Assembly: GCA_965644265.1 (NCBI GenBank)
Contig: OZ286466.1
Coordinates: forward strand, 43,338,001 to 43,402,000
DNA length: 64,000 nt
DNA from: Glycera tridactyla
Lineage: Eukaryota
Direction of reading: 5' to 3'
The first letter of the stretch is position 1. The number at the start of each line of letters is the position of its first letter. Of this stretch, positions 54,777 to 64,000 are shown in pieces. A program made the translations under genes and the position numbers. The notes beneath the pieces are model-generated. The model was not told the origin of the DNA, made no database searches, and saw only the letters and a list, made by a program, of their open reading frames with translations.

Positions 54777-56416
54777 TGGAACCAGAAAGGTGCCAACTCA
54801 TGCTAACAATATGATCTATTGTCATGCATAATTTGACTGGTACTTATTGCTGCTCAATCATATGAGCTGTGACACAGAGAGGGTGTGAGTGGTGACCTGT
54901 CTACTCATCGATTACGTGGCAGGAGAAGCTCTATTGTACAAGTCAGTCAGACTCATCATCATCACTAATGCATGGATAACCTCCCATACATCCATTTAGT
55001 CAGGGTGGATGGGGTGAAGCTCATATAAACCTCACCATGCTCAAAGATATTTGAATAATATCTGGGGATGATAGGTTGGTTGATTGGTTGATTACAGGGC
55101 TCTACATTGCTATCTGTGGGTAGCCAATGGCCAACAAATTTACATCCTGGCTATCATATTTTTTATATTAGGAGCCAGCCCCTTAGAAGCCAGCTGGCTT
55201 CTGAATATTTTGACCAACATAGAGCCCTGGATCGGGTAGCTAAATGGATGCTTGTTTTTGTGATGGTTGGTGTTGGACATTAATATTGGTCGGTTGTTTG
55301 TGTTATGTCCTATGAGCACCATCTGGGCTATATTGACACCCATGCAATGGGCATGGGTTGGACAGTGGGTGTTCAATGCATGGATTTGAATGTAACAATA
55401 CAAATCCCTGCAATTCTACACATCATCCATCTTCAACCATGAAAACGCAACAATCGCCAACAAAAGGATTGATAGATTAATCGATTAAAGTTTAATATCC
55501 CTTCAACCCAAGCAGAGCCACATAAGCCTGATGTAACTGAGAATCGCGAATGTGCCAAACCATCTTCATACTGTGCTATATCTCCACTGATCATATTCCA
55601 ATTTTCATGATTGAGAAAATGAAATACTCCGCACATGATACCCATTCTGACATGCCCTCTAAACCATAATATGGCTTGCAAAAATATTCTGCAGAAATTT
55701 GCAGATCGAGAATCTACCGATCCGAAGAACAATCACATTCCTGATCACGACCTGTGTTTCACCTGGATCGGCAATGCTGGAGGTACATCCATGATTCATT
55801 ACCATTAAAGGACGAATGTGAATGGGTTCATGTCGTCATGTCAGCGAAGACTATCTGTGCGTGACCACGGATCAGAAGGTTGGCATCGTGCCCTGACGAG
55901 GTGTAGCGCCCGCCATGCCTGATTGGTTTGTTTCGCCAAGATGAACGACTTGCATCAGTCTCGTTGCCATCTCTTGGCTTCCGAAACCTCCCCGGAGGAT
56001 ACTCCGGAGTTCGCCAAACCCCAGAAGGCACATCAATGTGTGCCTTATGCCAAATGCAACTTGCGACCGACTGCCGTGCAGCATGTGAATCTGAGGGTGA
56101 AGTTACGAAAAAGGTACGTGACTAGTGGCTCCCAAAGGAAATCTGCGTGCCAACTTGAGAAAAAAAAAATTGATTTTAGATGTAAGTGCTTTTGCCGGAG
56201 CACATGCAAGTACACATTTGAACCTGTTTAACCCATGGAATATCAACTGCACCATATCATATTTTTATCCATAAATTACCCGTTCTACAATTACATGCAA
56301 AGAAGTAACAGCAATCTTGCATTACTTCTCATGTACATTTGGCATTGGATGAATGGAAATTTCAACCTTTTTAAAGATAGGACATTGATCGCTAGCATCT
56401 ACCTAAACATAACACT

Positions 56417-57641
56417 AACTAGAACTGTAATCCAGAGGATATACTAATGCCCCCCCCCCCCCCCCCCGCCATCTTATTCAAGGTCATATCTCCAAGGTCA
56501 CAGGGACAAAATGACATGCTCATGTACACCTACCGCTCTTGGGTAATCCACATACCAAAAATGGAAGCTCTCGCATCAATAGCTTGGATACAATGAGTGA
56601 CACAAGATTTCATGGCAATTTCCAAGGTCAAGGTCACTGGCCCAAGGTCAAAGTTCATAGGGGCGAAATAACATGCCCATGCACACCTACCCCTAATGGG
56701 TAACTGACATACCAAAAATGGAAACTCTCCCATCAATAGCATGGACACACCAGGTGCCGCAGAATTCCATAACAATTTCCAAGGTCAAGGTCACTGGCCC
56801 AAGGTCAAAGGTTGTAGGGCCAAATTCACATGCCCATGCACACCTACCCCTCTTGGGTAATCCACATACGAAAAATGGAAGCTCTCGCATCAATAGCTTG
56901 GACACAATGAGTGCCGCAAGATTTCATGACAATTTCCAAGGTCAAGGTCACTGGCCCAAGGTCAAAGGTCGTAGGGGCGACATAACATGCCCATGCACAC
57001 CTACCCCTCATGGGTAATTCACATAGCAAAAATGGAAACTCTCGCATCAATAGCTTGGACACACTAGGTGCCACAAGATTTCATGACAATTTCCAAGGTC
57101 AAGGTCACTGGCCAAAGGTCAAAGGTCGTAGGGGCGACATAACATGCCCATGCACACCTACCCCTCATGGGTAATCCCCATAGCAAAAATGGAAACTCTC
57201 GCATCAATAGCTTGGACACACTAGGTGCCACAAGATTTCATGACAATTTCCAAGGTCAAGGTCACTGGCCCAAGGTCAAAGGTCGTAGGGGCGACATACC
57301 ATGCCCATGCACACCTACCCCTCATGGGTAATTCACATAGCAAAAATGGAAACTCTCGCATCAATAGCTTGGACACACTAGGTGCCACAAGATTTCATGA
57401 CAATTTCCAAGGTCAAGGTCACTGGCCAAAGGTCAAAGGTCGTAGGGGCGACATAACATGCCCATGCACAACTACCCCTCATGGGTAATCCACATACCAA
57501 AAATGGAAACTCTCGCATCAATAGCTTGGACACACCAGGTGCCACAAAAAATTGTTTACAGACGGACAGACAGACAGACAGACGGACAGAGTGAATCCAG
57601 TATGCCCCCCCCCCCCCCCTACCTTCGGTTGGGGGCATAAT
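56417..57641. mobile_element. Non-autonomous Helentron/Helitron-like element with an internal tandem array
   Basis: It starts AACTAGAACTG and has subterminal ATGCCCCC (56447) inverted relative to GGGGGCAT (57631). It also has a terminal hairpin TATGCCCCC...GGGGGCATA (57601-57639), a 157-bp tandem array, a (GACA/GACG)n microsatellite at ~57560-57590, A-rich flanks and no obvious TSD. This layout matches known DINE-1/HINE-type elements. Confidence 0.75.
56520..57548. repeat. 157-bp tandem repeat, about 6.6 copies
   Basis: The anchor TCCAAGGTCAAGGTCACTGG occurs at 56621, 56778, 56935, 57092, 57249 and 57406 (constant 157-bp spacing), with a partial unit from ~56520. Confidence 0.95.
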
Positions 57642-58327
57642 AATGTGACCTATGACAAGATACCACCTCAAATGTCAACGAAATACGATTTTTCAAAAAT
57701 GTGGTCTCTTCTTTTGTCAAACAGAGAAGATACACTACATTCAGTCACCTGTTGGTTGTCTCTCTTCCTTGAATGTCTCTGTATGCATGTTCAATAATAT
57801 ACAGTACTTCATTGGATGGTTCTCATGTAAGATTATCCAATCGATAGTGGAAGATTCACTGACAATGAGCACTGATATCATCAAAGCCGATCTACATCTC
57901 TTCAAAACACAACTCACCGTTCCAGCTTGGCAGCCTAGACAGCTGCTGGGGGGAATGGGGTAGCTAGCTGACTGTTAAAAGACTTTTTGTATTGAAGTCA
58001 ATTAGCAGAGCCCGGGGCAATCTTAGCCCTCAGTACAGGGCCAATTTGTGGGCAAGCTCTCCTCACAGTCCCATGACAGACTGCAGGAAATTATTCCCTA
58101 GTGATCCCTGAATCTCATGCTTCAATACCATGATGCTCAGCACTCCACTTTATGCAAATGAGATTGGCCAAATTCAATGTCTGGAGAATCCAAATATAAG
58201 ACAAAGTCAAAAGTGTATGAGAAGAAAGAAAATGCTGCCCACTCCATGCATAGACTCCCTGTCAGATTTGAAATGCTGAGAGCTATTGTTATTCTAGAGC
58301 AAGTACTTACTTGTCTCAATTCTACTA

Positions 58328-58505
58328 CAGTAAAACCTGTCTTGGGAGACCGCCCCAAATGCCAAGAAAAAGTGGTCTCTCAAGACAGGTGGTCTCTCAT
58401 TGGAGATATATTTGACTATGTCAAATAGAGAAGAGCCGGTAAATAGTGGTCTCCCATTAGAGGGTGGTCTCCCAAAAGAAGGGTCTCCCAAGACAGGTTT
58501 CACTG
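58328..58505. mobile_element. MITE, pogo/Tc1-mariner type, 178 bp, related subfamily
   Basis: TIRs CAGTAAAACCTGTCTTGGGAGACC / GGTCTCCCAAGACAGGTTTCACTG (23/24 match), TA on both sides. Confidence 0.88.
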
Positions 58506-60530
58506 TATAACCCAAATTTAAATTCAACTAGCAACACTCTCCATCTCCAACTCAACTATCTCTTCCTCAAAAGGATGGTCAGAATCAGATTACTATGCTC
58601 TCTTTGTGGCGATATGAGAACATAATAATGGGGCTTAGCTCAATAAATTCCCATGCTAGCTGAGTTCCATTCTGATCTGACAATATCAATGGTAGATTAT
58701 CCCAAAACTTGCCAGAAAAATCAGAGTTCTCAATTTCATGAGGACGGGTGACAGCAGCCAATTAACGTGCGGCGTTATTGCAGCTGATCCAGGCAAAGCT
58801 GACTTGCCGACTCTCACCTTCTGCTCATTTCCCCTGGAGATTATCATGCTGGATTATGGCGAGATTATCAGCATCGTGCCGCTGTTAATCTACTGCGATC
58901 GAGCGAATTGAGTGCTGTCGTGGCGTCAACTCCCCGCTGACCTACTGCGCTCAAACTAAACATGCAACGTCAAATCCCGATGTGCTCAGGCCACCATGTA
59001 ATTACTGCTCAATCTTTTATGGTTTGGATCCAATTTTAATATGCTGCTGCTGTCATGGAATCCAGTGCCAACTGATTGCTCACATGCAGGGTGGATCAAG
59101 TACAAAAATCACCTCGATCCATATTGACCTTTTCCAGCTTGGACAGGTCTATTCATAAAACATTCCATGTTGACCTTCTCTGACTTGGAATGGTTTATTC
59201 CTAACACAAATTTCAACCCAATGTGACAACAAGTGGAGAATGTATCCAACTTCAATCTTGTCAAAGGCTTGCTTGAAATCAGGGAAAATGAAGAACACAT
59301 GATATTATAGTGTATTCAGGATAAGTTGGCAGCTGGCAGGAGGGGCTCCACATGCACGGGCTATGGGGCCTGGGACGAATGAGCTGCCAACTCATCCTGA
59401 ATACACGGTAGTCCTTCTTTAGTCATCTGACCAAATGAGGATTTTCCATACTATACACCTCAATTTTTGATGAACTATTAATTGAATGTATCTTCACCAT
59501 AGACCAGCTCTCAAAATGAACCGGCTATGTGAAGATCATATGAACTGATCCCATGTTCACAAGGTAACGGAGTAACGTCAATGTCCTGACACAACCCAAG
59601 CATTGCTGATAGGAACAATAAATCTCGAAAAAGGCAACTCAATACCAATCACAGAACAGTTGGAAGTGGATCAAATTTTGACGGAAAATGGAGAGGTTTT
59701 GTTTCGTGGATCTGAGGCTGTACAGAGCTTGACTGCTCTGTACCATTGCTAGCATACAATATTTGTAATTTGCCAGTGAAACACTGACAATACAATGAAG
59801 CATTAATACAAAGTATTATTTGCAGGACTGACTATTCATCTACGGGCTTGGGCTTCTATTTAACCTGATATTATCTGATGGATGCTAACCCATGGTGGAG
59901 AGGCCAAATGATGAGCTGAGCTCCGGTTTCGGTGGCTCTTGGGTCAACCGGGTGCTCAATCAAACCTAATGCCCGCAGTGCATTATGGACAGCGGCCACC
60001 GTATACACAGATATATTCCCATTTCCTGCGTGTGATATCCGCCTGACATGAATTAAGCGGCCACGCATATCCTATTGTAAATGATCGCGCATGAATAAAT
60101 GGCTTAACATGGTAAACGCACCTTTGTAATGGCCAAATTTGCCAGGAAATTGCACACAAAGCACATTGCCTGGTGACTTGGCGTTGCCATGGCAATGCAA
60201 CAATCATCAATACAGTTTTCATTAGGTGAAATGGCCATGTGTTCTCAAGCGCTACTTGCACCTCATGGGAGTGATGAGGCTAGTGTGGACTAGGGTAAGT
60301 GGCATGTTTGGTGGGAATGAGGTGCTATTGTCCATTCCATACAGGCTAGCTGCACTCCTGTGGCTCTTCTACGCTTTCAACACACCCTGATAAATTGACC
60401 TCTCATTGCATCTCCAATGATGTCAACTATACACTTGATCTCTGTTATAACCAAAAGCTCTCTTCTATTCTCTCCTCCAACTGATAAACATAAAGCTGAA
60501 TGATTATGTTATATCGACACGCTGAATGTA

Positions 60531-60689
60531 CAGTTGAACCTGCTCAAGAGATCACCTGAATACAATGGCCACCTGCCTTCAAAGGACACCCTGAGCTGGA
60601 ACTGTGAGACTATTTTCAATTGTGAACACATCTCTATGACAGCCACTTTAGGTGTGACCAAGGGTAGTCTCTGTTGACAGGTTCAACTG
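60531..60689. mobile_element. MITE, pogo/Tc1-mariner type, 159 bp
   Basis: Perfect 12-bp TIR CAGTTGAACCTG / CAGGTTCAACTG, TA on both sides. Confidence 0.78.
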
Positions 60690-63123
60690 TAGTCCATAAT
60701 GCAGTCTTATTTATAAGGCTGCAAACATGAATAGGTCATATTCACACACAGCCTACTACTGTACATGAATGAGCCCATTTGGTCGAGCTAGTTTGGTCTA
60801 GTTTGAGGTGAAGTCATATATACTCATGCCCTTACAACCATGGCTGCATAATCAGATTGGGTGGAATTGTTCAACTCATTGCACTCCAACCAACAACCTG
60901 CCGAGCTAAACCCATCCATTAACCAACCAAAAGCCAGTGTTTGCAAAAACACACAGGTCAAAGGGAAACTCCTCACTCCGGTCGAATGGTCGTGCAAAAG
61001 ACATGGGCATTTGAGTATCTTTAATTGACCGCTTCACAGATATCATAGGAACATCAAACTACATCCTTTGCATGGGAATTGATCAAAGGATGATTATTTG
61101 GTTCACCAACCCAGGTATTACAGAAGTCGATCCCTTCTTATACCATATCTAATTGATATAATATCTCAATGAGACAATCCAGTGAAAATCAACTCTAGCA
61201 AACAGTAAGTCAAATTTGACCATTTGATGCCCTGGAAAATGAGACAAATTGTCTCATTGGCCAATACTGACATTCTATTGGTGAAAGGGCATTCAAATTT
61301 AGGGCTAGCAGTAGTTCATGTGTATATGAATCAAGTATGGAGTTCTGCTGGTCCTATTCGTATTAAAAGGGGTCAGTATGTATGCCAAAGTGAGGTGGTG
61401 ACTCTGACCACGACCCGATTACGTCAGTTGTTCCAACTTCATCGTTATGTTGTCGCATGAGTAAACATTTCAATAAGAAGGAGTCATACTTGAATGAGAT
61501 CCCTGGCAAACACTCAGCAATCCCTCTTTAAGTTCTTGAGTGCCTCCACTCCAAAGCCTATTGAGATCATGCCAAACGTGGCTGAAACATGCTGATTTCA
61601 CTAAGCCTGTGTTCGTAATAAGAGTCGATCCAAACCTGATCCAAACCTTTGCCACTCACGATAATGTCCCTAGTTTCGATTCAACCAATACCAGCTCAAT
61701 GATTCATATACTGAAATGTAAATACAGCTTCCTCTCATATCCCACACTCAGGTTCCAAATCCCATATCTAGTTTCTAATCTAATTTTCCAGAGGTTTTCG
61801 TGCCCTGGTACTCTTGGTACCGTAATAACAACAAATTCACAAACAGAAAACCAAGGCTTACTGAATTTTTTGGATATCATCACCATATTGGGGCATGGAT
61901 TCAGGATTTGAAGATTTTGATCAACTTTCAAATCCGTCAAACCTTAGTACAGATGAGCGTTGGTTATATGAAATCTTATCCGTACCTCACTAGAGATGAT
62001 CATAAAAAATTTCAAAGATGTGGTGACTAGGCGGGTGGCCTTTGGAGTCAACTGTACCAGAAACATGTGAGATAAGCATTGGTCCATGGATGCTAGGCTA
62101 AGGCTGTCACTAGCATTGCTCTGTGATTCAGGACATGTTGAGTGATGACTCAACACAAACTATTCGTGAAATTGGTCGGGCAAGGACACTTCTGTGATTT
62201 GAGAAGCCGTTCAATAATGGCGAGAAAGGGTGAAGATGCAGCTTATTCTGCTGATCTGTCACCCACTGCACGCAGGTCTCATAACATTACGGACTGGGGC
62301 CCCCTATAACACCACACAGCAGGCCACTAACACCATCTTAGCACCGTATCATCTCCGCTAATACGCAATCAGCACCATTTTGCATGCCGCTCACATTTTC
62401 GTGCCATGAACTTTGCACACGGGCGCCATCTATCATCGGGCGGGCAGCTCATCACTGTCACTTTGCATCATCGTCGACTATTGCCTCGTGATCTCGGTGT
62501 GATCTCGTTGCAATCGCCGCCAATCCTCAGCGAGCTTCTATAAATCCTCTCCTGAGCTCGGCCCGACACACAGATTAGAGTTGCGAATCTATGGGACGAA
62601 TGACCCACTTCCTCCCAAAACCACAGCCACTGGTCACCACACCCATTGGCCAAACCGAATTCCGGAGATTAGCCTTTCTCACACATTTTATGCAAGCCAA
62701 CGCAAGAGACTAAATGCATGCCGAGAAAGCAAGAACCTACAATAGTAAACTACAGGACAGGACAGATATGGAAATCACCACAATCAGTCTTTGTTTCAAA
62801 TTTCCATCATGATCCAATCGATAGGGCAAAAATGACATTCTTCCGATAACTGCTATCTGATATTCCCATCAATATCACACACCTCTCCAGTTTAGGCACT
62901 AGGTATAATCAGGAGTTTACAATTCTAAGGACCTATAGATTTGTTTTGTTGTGTTATTGGTTCTCCATCTCACTCATGTAGTATTAATGATGTGCTATAA
63001 TGAGGTGCCCACTGGGAAACCATCAGGGCAAAATATCCTCAAGTATCACCCTCAATCCTTAATTAGAGAAGAAGACAACTTTCGAATGTATTAATCTGTG
63101 ATGCATTTTCAGCAATGGTCTGA

Positions 63124-63305
63124 GGTGGGGGAGGAGGAGGAGACAGGGAGGGGGGCGCAGAGAGATAAAGAGGGGGAAGGAGAAGGGATAGGAAAAGAGG
63201 TGGGGAGGGGAAAGTGAGGATAGGGAGAGCAAAGAGGGAGGAGAGGAGGGGAGAGAAGGAAAAGGAAAGAGGAGGGAGAGAGGAGAGAAAGAGAGTGGAT
63301 GAAGA
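63124..63305. repeat. Polypurine (GA-rich) low-complexity tract
   Basis: About 180 bp almost entirely G/A on the + strand. Confidence 0.9.
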
Positions 63306-63574
63306 AGTTTGGTTTGAATGGCAGTTGAGGAGGCAGTAGCTGCAGCTAATTCGATGTGCTGACAATGCCGCTTGGGTGCTGATATGCCATTTAGTGGGGC
63401 GCTAATTTAACTGCAGAGCAGGCTAGGCGTTAATTGGTAAATTGAGGCACCAATTAAAGCTTGATTAGAGCATGGCATGGCAGCCAATGCAGAAGCAGCA
63501 ACGGTGCTGATGCAAGCAACCCCAATCCGCAACGGCAACACAGCGGCCATTAGCCAAGCAGTAGCTGCAACGAG

Positions 63575-63576
63575 GT

Positions 63577-63633
<57 letters not shown>
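63575..63633. repeat. (TG)n microsatellite
   Basis: Directly visible. Confidence 0.95.
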
Positions 63634-63634
<1 letters not shown>

Positions 63635-64000
63635 ATGAGAGAGTGTGTATGCATGTGTGTGCTCATCTGACTATATTGAAACATATTATGCAAACTACTG
63701 TATCTTAAATCTTACCAAAGAACCTAAGATGACTTAAATGTAGGTGCACATGTATAAGGACCAACTTGCAAAGGAAAACCATCTACCATCGAAAATGGTA
63801 TCTGACTTTTCTTTTAAAAAGCTTCCCGCAGAAGATACGATTTGACGCAAAGGTCTGCCTGACAAGTTTTCTTTAGGTGACTCTACAACCTTGATTGAAT
63901 ATCTTGAGGATGTATCAATCTGCTGAAATGCTGCCATCAACAGGGATGAAATTATAGTTTCCAAGAGAAAAATAAAAGGAAAATAAAATTGTCAAGTCAA

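Noticed and set aside
56520-57548. CRISPR-like array or repeat-protein gene
   Set aside because: The units are contiguous near-identical 157-mers with no unique spacers and no cas genes. Since 157 is not a multiple of 3, the repeated peptides in the track rotate frames and stop.
8319-63365. ORF-track entries rich in HTHT, VCVC, RQTD, poly-X or Pro/Ser/Leu (e.g. 8385-8654, 20193-20670, 37721-38254, 45710-45991, 63063-63365)
   Set aside because: They stay open only because they cross microsatellites, low-complexity tracts or N gaps.
3000-64000. Endogenous virus, Polinton, Fanzor/TnpB or other multi-gene accessory system
   Set aside because: Outside the LINE no ORF exceeds ~180 codons and none shows recognisable domains, so such a system cannot be supported from this sequence.

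Overview
This is repeat-rich, AT-rich animal (eukaryotic) genomic DNA from a gapped draft assembly with four N runs. A marine invertebrate such as a lophotrochozoan is my inference from the repeat types, not something the sequence proves. The only coding sequence I can identify is an uninterrupted APE-endonuclease/reverse-transcriptase ORF2 of a CR1/L2-group LINE (3-2729, truncated by the window start). It is followed by a 3' UTR stem-loop and an (ACAG)5 tail. The other ~61 kb looks intronic or intergenic. It holds a dozen or more full or partial copies of TA-flanked pogo/Tc1-mariner-type MITEs, one nested inside an older relative. It also holds a 1.2-kb Helentron-like non-autonomous element with a 157-bp tandem array rich in nuclear-receptor-type AGGTCA repeats, many micro- and minisatellites, and several CpG-rich patches with motif clusters that look regulatory. 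A few splice-bounded open frames could be exons of an unidentified host gene, but I recognise no homology. I cannot support a novel multi-gene system here; the best leads are listed as findings.
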